DNA from: Octopus vulgaris
Lineage: Eukaryota
Direction of reading: 5' to 3'
Length of the DNA stretch: 64,000 nt
Assembly: GCA_951406725.2 (NCBI GenBank)
Contig: OX597836.1
Coordinates: 32,550,001-32,614,000 of the forward strand
Numbering within the stretch: the first letter of the stretch is position 1; every line of letters starts with the position of its first letter. A program made the position numbers and the translations under genes. The notes under the pieces are model-generated. The model saw nothing but the letters and a program-made list of their open reading frames with translations. It had not been told where the DNA came from and made no database searches. Of the stretch, positions 1-61,969 are shown in pieces.

Positions 1-140
1 TGACCCCAGTGCTTATTCTTTTGGTCTTTTTTGACAAACTGCCAAGTTATGAAGACATAAACAAACCAACACCAGTTGTCAAGCAGTGGTGGGGAACAAA
101 TACACCCACAAATATAAATATATATGTGTGTGTGTATACA

Positions 141-198
<58 letters not shown>

Positions 199-1976
199 TA
201 CCGAAAGAGATACTAACAGTTTCATGCTATTAAGATACTTGAATAGGTATATTTATAAAATATGCCATGTATACACACACACACACACACACATAATCAT
301 AATCATTGTTTAATGTCTGCTTTTCATGCTGGCATGGGTTGAATGGTTTGACTGAGGACTAGCAAGCCAGGAGGCTGCACCAAGCTCTAATCTGATCTGG
401 CAAGGTTTCTATAGCTGGATGCCCTTCCTAACACCAACCACTCCGAGAGTGTAGTGGGTGCTTTTTATGTACCACCAGCATGAGGGCCAGTCAGGTGGTA
501 CTGGCATCAATCACGCTCAAATGGTGCTTTTTATTAGCCACCAGCACGGGAGCCAGACAGGTGGTACTGGCTGTCCAGCATAGTCACTCACAAAGCATAA
601 GTTGGTCCAGGGCTATAGTAGAAGACACTTTGTCAAGATACCACACAGTTGGACTGAACCTGAAACCATGTTTGCAAAGTGACGTTCTTAACCACACAGC
701 CATGCCTGTACCTAAAGGGAGGTTTGGTGAGCTAGTGTTTAGTGTGTCAAAGGTATTGTAAACATATTTATAATAATCTGATTTTTATTATATAATAGTC
801 TGCACTTGGTTTTTATTATTTATGTTAGTATTCACATTCGTTATACTCTGTAAAATGGTTGGCATTAGGAAGAGTGTCCAGTCACAGAAACCATGCCAAA
901 ACAGACATGGAACCTGGTCAGGTCTTCAGTTGGCCAGTTCCTGTAAAACTGTCCAAACTTGTGCTGACATGAAAAATGGATGTCAAATGATGATGATGAT
1001 GATGATGAACTTAATGCTCTGTTTAATTAAAACAAATCTTTTATAATCAATAAATAATTAAGAATTTATCATGTATATGTTGATTGGGTTGATTTACTAT
1101 GTAATTATTCAGATAATTAAGTAAATACTAGTTGAATGGGCCATGGGCCACGTAGTCCATTGTGTCCTTGAGCTAGACTCTTCACATTCCTTCCATCATC
1201 TCAGCTGAAAATATATACTATCATCTGTAGCTGGAGATTGATCCTGTGACAGACTGGCATCCAGTTCAGTAGGTGTGGGGAGCCTTGTACTCCCATTGTA
1301 CAACTCAGAAAAGCTTTGAGCCTGTGGGTCCAAGGTAAAATAAGAAAGGTACTATTCCTTAGAGAGAAAGAAAATTCTTTGAACTTAACTCTATCAAACC
1401 TAGGTTCCTGTGTCTAAACTTTACCCTCCATCTGGGCTCCTGGGCAAAAATTTAAAAAAATAGTTGCATGTACAGCTCAAGGGAAACAATTGCAGGCAAA
1501 ACTAATGAAGAGAATGATAAAAAAATTCAGGAGAATAACAATAATGGGCCTATCTTTCAACTACTGTATTTGTTCATTGCAGGCAAACTAATGGACAGAA
1601 CCACAAAAAAAAAACTATATTCAGGAGAATAACAGTAATAGGCATATCTCTCAACTACTATAATTGTTCACCCAAATCGCTAATTTCTTCGTCTCTTTCA
1701 CCAGTTTGAATGTTTACATCACTCTCATTGTCTGTGTAAGGGTAAACTCTTTGTCCAAAGAATAAATATCATCAGTAATTTCCTCAAGAGTAAAGAGTCT
1801 AGGCCTTGCTTGTTTACCAGACGAAGAGCTGAGTTCATTACATGCTCATTTCATTGCAAAAATATGTTTTTCTTTCCAATTAAAAACAAAAGTAAACAGC
1901 CATGGGGAATGTCATTAACAAATGAGTCGTAAACATACTCTTCTACAGGGCTGCAAAATGATCGTATTTACCTTTG

Positions 1977-2938
1977 TTACCTTTGCCAAAGAAGGAGGTT
2001 ATGTTTTCATCGGCATTGGTTTGTCTGTCTGTCCGTCTGTGTGCAAAATAATACACAAAGTTGTGAACGGTATTTGATGAAACTTGCAGAAAAAGTTGGT
2101 AATGACACAAGGAACAGATGATGAAATTTTGGTAGTGATCTGGAAATTTTTATGAATTCTTGAAGGATTTCTCATTTATTATATTTACTTTACATGAAGT
2201 ATTACAATGTTACGTTCTTTGATTATCTCCCTTGAAAACACGTTCATCGTTTCCTGGTAACCTATGGTGGTGTTGCTGTTTCCAAAGTTTTATTTTCGTT
2301 TCTCTATTAGTAATTTTACTTGCATATCTATGGACTCTTGAGGGATGATTGATACCATACTGACCACAGAGGGATGTAAAGTATGTAGGTAGGTTTAGTT
2401 TCGTAAGTAGAGAGATACCTCTTTTATCTTTGCCAAGGAACCATCTGACCATCGTCCTTGGTGATTTCAACATGGATCTCCTTGATTCCCCTAACCATGA
2501 GATCTTGACAACTATGAACCAGTTTGGGTTCAACTAACTAGTCCAAAAACCCACCACTGACTATGGAAGCCTGCTAGATCATGTTTACATGAACCAGGAT
2601 CGGTGTCTACAAGTCACCGTAGCTGACTGTTACTTTTCTGACTATGATGTTGTGTGTGTATCACTCAAGTTTTAGGTAATTGTTGTTTCTTTTTAGTGGT
2701 GTGGTGAAACTAGCTTGCTGTTGTCATTGCTGTATTATAACTGCTTCAGATGATACCTGTTTTTAAAGGGTTTTTTTTTAAATCATATGGCTGTGTTATT
2801 TTTTTTTTCAACCCTGCCAAGGAGGTTATGTTTTTGCCGGCGTTGGTTTGGGAAATTGGGCGATTTTCAGCATGCGTGTATATGGGTGGAATTGAGCTGC
2901 TTGGCAGAGGTCTGCGCTCTCCGAGTGCTTTACTAGTT
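1977..2938 (+). mobile_element. Helentron/Helitron2-like (DINE-1/HINE-type) relic retaining an AP-endonuclease fragment
   Basis: 5' TTACCTTTGCCAAAG..GGAGGTTATGTTTT then a (GTCT)n tract; 3' CTTGGCAGAGGT (inverted subterminal repeat), hairpin GCGCTC-tcc-GAGTGC and TACTAGTT end. 2358-2675 translates Y*PQ...IVLGDFNMDLL...PTTDYGSLLDHVY...DCYFSDY..*. Confidence 0.7.
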
Positions 2939-4515
2939 TTTATGTGTGTTGTTCATTACTGCTTTAATGAGAGTCCAGGTGAGATTACATTTAGGCTATT
3001 CCTGCTATACTGGAAACAAGGTGTGATAGGGTTGAAACCTGTTACAAGAGTTACAAGTTCTTGAATCCAAATCAATATGTTCACTTCAATGTCTCTCTGT
3101 AACTCTTTTTCATTTTTTCTTTCCAAATAAAACTGGACTAGTGGCATTGTAAAACAAAAACAAAAACAAAACCATTTAATTGCATCATTTTTTTTTTCTA
3201 CAATTATTTTTAATTATTATTGAATGTGACTCTAAAAATGGAATTGCCACTCAAAAATGGAGTAGGATGAGGCTAAGTTTAATGTTTCAGGTAAGAGCTT
3301 CAGTTGGAGATTGAAGTTTTTCAAGAAATTTATGGCATCATCTGCTGTACTTTCAAAACCCAGCCAAAGACTCAGTGGAACTTGTTAGTGCTATGTCTAC
3401 CTACAAATTTGTGCCCCAGTACATGGGTCAAAGAAATATAGACATTATGCAGATACATAGCTTGTTATTTGTGTTAAGACAGTGGTTAACACAGCACTAA
3501 TGGGAGTTAGAAAGTGGCCAAGAGGGAACCATAATGGGCTTGCAAATTCTTTGTAACACCCAGAGTTATACTGGAACTGACCCCAGTTGAGATAAAGGAT
3601 ATGATATAAAGCAAAATGCTTTATTGCTGCATTTGTCATAAGAAACATTTCAGAACCTCTTACTCCAAAACACAAGAAAATGAGAGAGAAAATATCAGTG
3701 ACCAGCTGAAACAGCAACAAGAACAACAGGCCTTAGAATTTCAGAACAATATCAGTCAAAAATTCTAGGAATAACAAGAGAAATTGCCTTCTTCCCAGTA
3801 ATGGAAACAAATGAACAAACACTTTATCTTCCTAGCTGTGGTAACCAGTAGCACCATGAAAAGAAAGGAGAAATAATTATTAAAGAAATTGTACAGACAG
3901 CCCAACAAAATGCTAAAGGAGAAAAAAAGAAACTCATTCTCAGGAAGTCAACATTTCTACAAAACAAACGATGCTCTTCCCGAAGAGAAGAACAAAGAAT
4001 TGAGATTCGTTGTCCATCTAAAATGAAACAGACAGCTTATAAATAAAATAACACTTCTGTAGTCACACAAATATGCCAGTAAATTAATAACAGCACTGAT
4101 ATACTACTGTTTGGAATATAGACAACATGCAAAAGATAGATTGTTAATAAAAACAAAACAAAAACACTATAAGGAAGTAAAACAGCCTTACTCTGAAGAT
4201 ATGGATGGTTTTCAACCACAACAAATACAAACAAATTGATAACTGGTGCTTTTGGGGTGTGCAAGATGGCAATACAATTAATAACAGGCAGGTAGAGATG
4301 TAGGGTCCTTTAACCTGACCTAGCCAAACATTTTTGTTGTTTATTTGTTTTAATTATTATACTTTATTATTTTTTTATTTATTTATATACAAATATTTGT
4401 GACTTAAAATTTTAATTCATTTTTTTAAATATTTTATAATTTCTTTCAACCCTCTTCTTATCTTTGTAAAAATTATACACCTGTAGACCACGTTTGTTTT
4501 ACTTTGTACACTTTC

Positions 4516-4761
4516 ATATTTCTTATTTCTTTATTGCCCACAAGGGGCTAAACATAGAGGAGACAAACAAGGACAAACGAAAGGATTAAGCCGATTACAT
4601 CGACCCCAGTGCATAACTGGTACTTAATTTATCATACCCAAAAGGGTGAAAGGCAAAGTCGACCTTGGCGGAATTTGAACTCAGAACATAACGGCAGACG
4701 AAATACCACTAAGCATTTCGCCTAGCATGCTAATGTTTCTGCCACCTCACCGCCTTCGTAC
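4516..4761 (-). mobile_element. tRNA-derived SINE (family A) with 15-bp TSD
   Basis: Reverse complement of the GGCGGTGAG..GGCAGAAAC..GAGTTCAAATTCCGCC..GCCTTTCA family; ACTTTGTACACTTTC at 4501-4515 and 4762-4776. Other copies at about 5250, 21256, 30470, 31168, 46052, 46435(-), 50030, 53599, 58090(-), 58393(-). Confidence 0.85.
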
Positions 4762-5844
4762 ACTTTGTACACTTTCTGGTTAATGACTTATAATATGATC
4801 ATGTATCTCTTCAAGTCCTTCTAGCTAATAAATAGTATTGTTGTTGTTGTTGTTGTTGTTACTATTATCATTATTATTTCAGGAAGCTTATATTCATTTT
4901 TGTATAATCATTGTGTCACTGAATACATCTTTTTATGTCTTAGATACATGTCATAGCTTTGTATTCTCTGCTCCATGTACGGCGCATTTTTTTTTTGTTT
5001 AAGATTTTAATTATGTATTCGAGTGCATGACTCTTTGCAAGCACACCTATTATTACAGCGATTTTTTGTATTTTCAATCTTTACATTTTGTTTGTCTTTT
5101 CCCAGATATCATCATCATCATCATCATCATCATCATTATATTTACTTATTAATTACTCTGGATCAAGGTGCCTGTCCTAATAGAACTTCTTGTGATCTCA
5201 TCAAAGCATAAGTTTGTTCACTTCCTTTTATTATTACAGTTGATACATAAGGAGGTGAGCTGGCAGAGTCTTCAGCATGTCAGACAAAATACTTAGTGGT
5301 ATTTCTTCTGACTCATTGCTTTCTGGGTTCAAATTCTGCCAGGGTCGACTTTGCTTTTCATCCTTTTAGGGATCAATGAAATAACTACCAACTGAACACT
5401 GGGGTCAATGTAATCAACCAGCCCCCTCACCCAAAATTCCAGGCATTGTGTTTATAGTAGAAGGATTATTGCAGTTGTTATGAGACAGCAAGCTGGTAGA
5501 ATCATTTGCCTGCCAGACAAAATGCTTAGTGGCATTTTGTTCTGGTTGTTTATGCTCTGAGTTAAAATACCACCAAGATTGACTTGAGATTAATAAAATA
5601 AATATCAATTTAGCATTTTTCTGTCCCCTCAAAATTTCTAGCCTTGTGCCAAAGTTAGAAAGAATTAGTACACTTGAAGTTTTTTTTTTATTAAACTTAG
5701 CAGTTTGTAAAAAGATACCAAAAAAGTAAGTAGCAGACTTTTGAAAATTTATAAGTATTAGTGTTGATTTTTTTCGTCCAAACTCTTTAAGTTGGTGCCA
5801 CAAGCATGGCTATGGTCCAATGACTGAAGCAAGTAAACTGTAAA

Positions 5845-6290
5845 TGGTCTCACAAATATTATTGGCCACAACCAAAAGGAAACATATCTGGAGAGCAACA
5901 AGCCTCTATCTCAGGGTCTATTGCACCTGATCATGGTGTTGCCTACTTTGAAGATATAAGGACTAACTCAAGCCAACTCAAGACTGAAAGCCACAGGAAT
6001 TGAGCTTAAATTGTTTGAAGCATGAGACTGTACCATCAACATTGGTATTCCATCAGCATTGGAACCAAAATCTTCAAAGCTACCAGAAAAGAAAAGGAAG
6101 AAATCAACTGACAGGAGAGAAAGGCATGACAAAATCAACCTTGTCCTCCACCAACGTTACCATACAGTCAATGCCATCGGCTCTTCTATGCAAGAATTGG
6201 TCTACAGAATCATCAATGCCATCATCATTAAGGAAGCGTTCAGCAAAGAAGTAAATAATTTCTCAGATACAAGACGAAGTCGGTGGTGAC
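5845..6290 (+). mobile_element. RTE-clade LINE 3' fragment (degenerate)
   Basis: One frame reads ..PPPTLPYSQCHRLFYARIGLQNHQCHHH*, resembling the C-terminal CxxCxRxFxARIGLxSH zinc finger of RTE ORFs; contains stops. Confidence 0.6.
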
Positions 6291-6449
6291 TTTTTCTCAC
6301 CTTACTTCACTTAATGATTCTATGACAACATCAGCTCCTCTGTCCTCAGTCCAGTTATCTCTCCATCTCTCTTAAATCTGCCCTTGCCACTAAGACCAAT
6401 TCTTTCTCACCAGAACATTAAACCTTTGGAATTCTCTCTAAAATGTGTA

Positions 6450-6664
6450 TGAGGGGGTGCTGAAATGTTCCTGGCTTTGGGTACAATAAAAATACAGGAG
6501 GATCTGTTAATTATGATTTTATTCAACATATTCCCCTCTCAGATTCACAATCATTGCAGTGGTCCTTCAGCTTTTCCAAGCCCTGTAAAAGAACTTGGAA
6601 GGTTGGGCCTCCAGCCAAGCCTTTTACAATACCCTTAAAACCAGGAACTTTTCAGCACCTCTTG
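6450..6664. mobile_element. Mariner-type MITE (about 210 bp); further copies 7114-7324, 63074-63275, 63336-63544
   Basis: TIRs GAGGGGGTGCTGAAA..TTCCTGG / CCAGGAACTTTTCAGCACC; TA flanks; four similar copies in the window. Confidence 0.75.
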
Positions 6665-7984
6665 TGTATATATATATATATATATATATCTAATGTAGGA
6701 TAAAATTTTTTCGAAGAAAAAAAATTTTATCAATGGCCAGCATATTAAAAAATACCTTTAAAGGTTAAGTTATAAACAACTTATAAATAAGGGCAAACGA
6801 AAAAATTTCTAATGCCAAATATGCCGAATATTGGATATATTGTCAATTTATCATATAATTTTTAAATTTTTTTTATGATAAATGGACAATATGTCCAATT
6901 TTCGGCATATTTGGCATTAGAAATTTTTTCGTTTGCCCTTATTTATAAGTTGTATATATATATATATATGAGCATCATCATTATTTAATCTCTGTTGTGA
7001 TTGCTGGCATGGGTTGAGTAGTGTGATCAGAGCTGGTAAGCTGGAGAGTTGTGCCAGACTCCATGTGTGTATATGTGTGTGTGTGTGTGTGTATGTGTGT
7101 GTGTGTGTGTGTACAAGGAGGTGCTGAAAAATTCCTGGATTTGTAAAAGAAAATACAGGAGGATCAGTAAATTATGATTTTATTAAACATATTCCCCTCT
7201 CAGATTCACACGCTGCAATGGTCCTTCAATTTTTCTGAGCCCTGTAAAAGAACTAGGCAGGCTGGACTTCCAGCCTGGCCTTTCGCAATACCCTTAAAGC
7301 CAGAAACTTTTCAGCACCCCTTTGTAAGTTTCCAAAATACATTGACATACAACTGTTGAAGTTTAACATCAAACACAATGAGCTCACCGACCGCAAAGAG
7401 TTTGCAAATGCCATCAGTACAGTGTCTTTCACTAAGTTAAAGCCATTAAGCAAAAGAAACAGATATTTAGCGTCCAAATGGGAATCCATTAATGTATAAC
7501 ATTTTTGTTATGCCTCAGTTATGGGAGAAGAGAAGCACAAGGGAGGATCTCTGACACTGATGGCAAAGAATGACGAGAGGACGGTGGGAGATAATGACCT
7601 AAGCATTACTGCCGTGTGCTGTGTGTTTGTGTGTCAAAGATAAACTCATTTGACCAACCAGTTGGTGGTTCATTACCTGGACAAATGGGTTGTCACAGAT
7701 AAAAAAGGAAGAGATAAAAGAAGTTCCCGCATTGCAGATAACATACATGATCAATGTATAGTGTTTCTCTCTGTGTGTGTGTGTGTGTGTGTAAATATAT
7801 ATATACATGCATATATATATGTATGTATATGTATATATGTGTGTGTATATGCACACATATATATATATGTATAAATCATAAACATTATATATATATATAT
7901 TATATCATTATATAATTTCAGCATCCACATACATACATAATTTATATATATTTTTACATATGTGTATATATATACATACATACA

Positions 7985-8028
<44 letters not shown>

Positions 8029-8742
8029 GGTAGGTAGGTAGATATGAATATGCATGTGTATGATATATATATATACATACATACATACATACATACATAC
8101 ACACATATATATACACACACATATATATATACATACACACATATATATACACACATATATATATATACATATACATACATACATACATACACTTACACAC
8201 ACACACACAAACATAATACATACATACAAACATATCTTTAGGGATGGATTAATGGATGGAAGACAACTCAATAATGTGTAAGACCATTGCTTTCTTAATG
8301 AGCTGCAAAGCAAACATGGCCTTTTAAACCAAGCTGATAATTTGCTGCTTTCACTAAAACTGTTATACAAATATCTCTTGTGAATAACGTGCAACGCCAA
8401 ATCTTTGCAATTGGAATTATGATCATGTATCTCTTCAGATCTCCAAGAGAATTTAGCATGTAAAATGTGATTCTGTTCAAAATGTCCTGATGCATTGAGC
8501 AAACCTTTTTTTATCGATGACATCCTGTTGATTGCATATTTTTTATCAATGATATCCTGTTGATTGCTTATTTTTTTCTGCATAGATATGGACATTTTTT
8601 CAAATCAGATTTAAGACAGCTTTTTGTATCTTAACTTCAGTCTATAAGAAAGAGTTTTTTTATTCCTTTCAGATGTTTTGTAATAGAATGTGTGCATGTG
8701 TGTGTATATTCACATAAATATATACATACATATAATACATGA

Positions 8743-8843
<101 letters not shown>

Positions 8844-9517
8844 TATGTACACACACACACATGCATAATATTTGTAAACAAACACAAAGACTGTGAGTTA
8901 CGGAGAAAGAGCAACTATGAAAGACTTTTATACAATAATAACTATATTATAATATATCATAATAATAATTTATATACTCTGATTAAAAGAGACATTTTTC
9001 TAAACAATTGGCTGAAAAATGATGAGCTAACACAGGCCAGAATCGAACCTACAAATCAATGCTTACATGGCTCCTTGCACATCTGATTGGGCCAACACAC
9101 TCGCCCATCATAACTTTCAAAGCCTTTGGATCTGCTTATAAATATTATATGTAGTGTTAAACAATTATGTCTCTATTCATATAATTTGGCTGAATTTGAT
9201 GGGTGAGCATGCTGGCCCAATGAGATGCACAAGAAGGCATGTAAGTGTTGATTTGTGGGTTCAATTCTGGCCTGGGTTAGCTCATCATTTTAAAGTCAAT
9301 TTAGATAAATGTCGCTTTAAATTGGAGTATATTTATATTATTGTTGTGATATATTATATAGTTATTATTGTGTGTGTGTGTATATATATGTGTGTGTGTG
9401 AGTAGACAAATGAAAGGGCACTCAAGACATTTATTGAGTTACATGTAGGGATCAAAACAGTTTGATTCAAACTCCTTAGTACTCTGAGTTTCAAGCATGA
9501 TGCTAATCTGTTTTGAT

Positions 9518-9561
<44 letters not shown>

Positions 9562-9763
9562 AGTTAAACGCAGGTGTTATTCAAATATAAATCCATTTAT
9601 TTATTTATATATATTATACAAAATATTTCACGTAAACCCGAAGTTTCTACCTTTAAAAACAAGGAGTTATAACCTTTTTACTCGTGTGATTTTTTGCTAC
9701 CTGGGTAACTATTTATCTATTTTTTCCGTGTTAAATGTGAACAAGGTAAAAATACACACATCC

Positions 9764-9820
<57 letters not shown>

Positions 9821-10234
9821 TCAAACAATTATAAAGAATATGGAGACAGGTACATCATCAAAATGTTTCCCTTTTAATTTTACATACTGTTGCTGTACGA
9901 CCAACTGAAAAATTAAAAGGAAAAATTTTTTGATGATGTACCAGTCTCTATATTGTTTATAATTGTTTGAAATCTACACTCCTGATACCATCCATAATTC
10001 ATGGAAGTGAACCTGGAGTTACCCATCACATGAATTAAAGTAGAATTGTTAATACTAAGTGATCATTGATCTTTATTACTGCTTGATGTGGTTAGCCATA
10101 ACCTGGAGTATACCTGAGAGCTACCACAGTACCCACCTGGATAATCTTATCCCTATACACTCACATTATATATACACACACACACACACGTTTATATATT
10201 TATATATATATATATCACTGTTCACTGTTACCAA

Positions 10235-10522
10235 CCATTCTATCAGATGTTGCTACACATTGCTGGTCACAGTGCGAAGCGCATTGTTTTAGCCTTCAAG
10301 TGACACCACCCCACTGGCTAAGCGAGCAGGCCAACAGAAGAAAGAGTGAGAGAAAGTTGTGGCGAAAGAGTACAGCAGGGATCGGCACCACCCCCTGCCA
10401 GAGCCTTGTGGAGCTTTTGGTGTTTTCGCTCAATAAACACTCACAACGCCCAGTCTGGGAATCAGAACCGCAGTCCTATGACTACGAGTCCGCTGCCCTA
10501 ACCACTGGGCCATTGCGCCTCC
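10235..10522 (-). mobile_element. tRNA-derived SINE (family C head, alternative tail); similar copy 63584-63870 (+)
   Basis: Reverse complement begins GGAGGCGCAATGGCCCAGTGGTTAGGGCAGCGGACTCG (A box) with a B-box-like GGTTC..ATTCC. Confidence 0.8.
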
Positions 10523-10767
10523 ATATATATATATATAAAAAAATTAAATATGCAGCTGAAATAGCTACTAATAGTTTCATGCTATAATGATACTTGAAAT
10601 GGCATATCTATAAAATATGCCATGTGTCTTAAAGCAAACTTTCATTCTCTGTTTATGCATTATATATAATTTTAAATCCAAGAATACTGGTCAGTAAGAA
10701 AATAAGAAAAGTATGTATAATTTAGAAAATTACATGAAACAAGGAAAATATGATTGGGTGATGTTAG

Positions 10768-59473
<48,706 letters not shown>

Positions 59474-59739
59474 GTAAGTACATTGCAGTTGTATTCTTCC
59501 TGTCATGTGTGCTTGTAGTGAATATCTTTTATCTTTTGTGTGTTTCAGTCATTAGACTGTGGCCATGCTGGGATACCACCTTTAAAGGTTTAATCAAACA
59601 AATCAACTTCAGTACTTATTCTAAGTCAGGTCTTATTATGTTGGTTTCTTTTGCTGAACAAACACATTATTGGGATGTAAACAAACCAACACTGGTTCTT
59701 GAGTGGTTGTAGGGAGAAGCACAAATGCATAGATATGCA

Positions 59740-59778
<39 letters not shown>

Positions 59779-59806
59779 GGAGGAAGAGAACAAACACATA
59801 GACATG

Positions 59807-59837
<31 letters not shown>

Positions 59838-61247
59838 ACATGACCAGATGTTTTTCCAGATTCTTTCTTTTAGTAATTTTCTGTTTTAGGTGTGTGTCTG
59901 GAGTGGTGGTGTTAATGAAGTGTAAGATACATGTCTTTTGATAAAAATGTTTGTTAATAGAAGTTTTTTTTATATCTATTTTGGTTTGGGAGGAGAGGTG
60001 GGGAAGATCATGCTAGCTCACATATTTATTTCCCTATAAATAAAAAGTATATATTCATTTCTCTTTCTCTCTCTCAAAGATATATATATATATATATACT
60101 CATCTATACATACACATATGTATGTTTGCATGTATCATCATCACCATTTAACATCCTTTTTTCCATGCTGGCATGGGTTGGACAATTTGATAGGATTCGG
60201 CTAGCCAGAACACTGTGCCAGGATCCAGTTGTCTCATTGGTTGTCTCGCATGGTTTCCAGTTGTCTTGCATGGTTTCTATAGCTGGATGCCCTTCCAAAC
60301 ACCAACAGAGTGAGTTGGGTGCTTTTTACATGGTACTAGCACAAGTGCTTTTTGTGTGGCACCGGTATGGGTTCCATGCTTTTTACATGGTACCAGCACA
60401 GGTGCTTATTACGTGGCACTGGTACAAGTGCTTTTTACATGGCATCCACACAGGTGCTTTTTATGTAGCACCAGCACAGGTGCTTTTTATGTAGCACCAG
60501 CACAGGTGCTCTTTACATAGTTCCAGCACCAATGGGATCTGTATGGAAACCCATACTGGCAACAAATAAAATTAAGCTGGGAGCAAAAATGAAATCGTAA
60601 CAAATCGCGGCAAGAAGATGTATAAAGAATCTCAAATATAAGTCCACGACAGCTTCAAACTTGACACACAGACAATGAAAGGAAGATTGCTGGTTGTTAA
60701 AACATTTTAATCAGCAGCCAAATAAACATCTCCCTTCTTCTTGAACATGATTTTCTTTGCTTTCATCTTTAGCTTCTCATCATTAAATGTTATCGTATCA
60801 TTTACACCAGTCATCGGTTGCTTTGGTCAAATGGCTGCAACATTTAGTGGCAAAGCTTGTGATAAGTATCATTTTGTTGTTGTTGTTGTTTTGTTTGTTT
60901 GTTGTGGGGTTGTTTTTCAAAAGTAAACATGAATAAAAATTGCTTCCCCACGTGGTGTTGTTTTAAAAATGCAAGAAGCTTATTAATTAAACACATCAGA
61001 TAAACCTAATTGGATAAACAAACACAAGGTGTGGCTGTGTAGTAAGAAGCTTGCTCCCCAACTACATGGTTCCAGGTTCACTTCCACCGTGTGGCACCTT
61101 GGGCAAATATCTTCTACTATAGCCCTGGACTAACCAAAGACTTGTAAGTGGATTTGGTAGCTGGAAACTGAAAGAAGCCCATTGTCACGTGTGTACCGTT
61201 GGCGATTTTTTTCCTCCGTCTTCCCTTCTTTGGATCTTTCCCTTTCC

Positions 61248-61284
61248 TATTTTCTGACGAAGAGCTCCGCTCGAAACGTTAAAC
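61248..61284 (+). ncRNA. Minimal hammerhead-ribozyme-like motif in a Penelope-like terminal-repeat relic (61186-61390)
   Basis: ttt-CTGACGA-a-GAGC-tcc-GCTC-GAAAC-GTT-aaa; degenerate relatives at about 32230-32268 and 19350-19392(-). Confidence 0.5.
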
Positions 61285-61893
61285 TCTCCTTCTTTCCTTC
61301 TTTCCTGAGCGTCCAATAACACTATACTCATTCCACATCCTCGCGTTGTTGTGTTTTCACTTTGTGTTTTCATGTTTGGATTAACTTCATATATATATAT
61401 ATCAGACATATGCTGTCAGTAATTACTTAGGGTAGGCAGTTGGTGACCTTTATGTAGGAAAGCACACAAAAAAATAAGCAAAACACAGGCACACAATTGA
61501 ATTGAAGGCAGATTTACTTCTGCCTTTATAGCACATAAAGAAAATGGTGTTATTGGAGTGTACGCAGCATATGTACTACAACAGTACTATGCATAGCTTT
61601 AATACTGAGATTGAAAGGCAGGGGTGAATTATGCCTACCTAATCTACAAAAAAAAATTTAATATTTTGTATTTTATGCATAGTAATCAGAGTAACGCTCA
61701 TAATTTTATTTTATTATGTGCATATTTTGCCATGAAAGGAAAATGTTGTTATTTATCTATTTTATTTAAGGTAGGCACTGTCTACCTTGCCTACCTTAAT
61801 GGCAAAGTTATAGGAACATAAACACGCAAGCATTAGTTGTCAAGTGATAGTAATGGTACAAGCACAGAAACACACACAAATACATACACATAT

Positions 61894-61969
<76 letters not shown>

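Noticed and set aside
1490-1960. About 90-bp diverged tandem duplication and an acidic minus-strand reading (RLFTLEEITDDIYSLD..)
   Set aside because: Might be a transposase N-terminal relic, but there is no diagnostic motif or terminus; left unassigned.
3240-4050. Coding-like stretch with a CAG|GTAAGA donor at about 3290 and a CCICHKKH motif
   Set aside because: Multiple stops and no ferlin similarity; possibly a decayed retroelement ORF1, but I cannot assign it.
7599-8595. Long ORFs rich in YI/CV/HT/poly-I/poly-N (here and throughout the track)
   Set aside because: Translations of (TA)n, (CA)n, (TAT)n and (CAT)n microsatellites; no splice or homology support.
59890-59921. Short AG..GT segment after exon L (ttttag|GTGTGTGTCTGG..GAAGT|gtaaga)
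   Set aside because: No similarity to the expected next exon (GKxEFxGR..); the next true exon appears to be beyond the window.
60310-60530. About 26-bp tandem repeat (CCAGCACAGGTGCTTTTTATGTAGCA)
   Set aside because: Expansion of the internal repeat of SINE family D, seen in shorter form in other copies.
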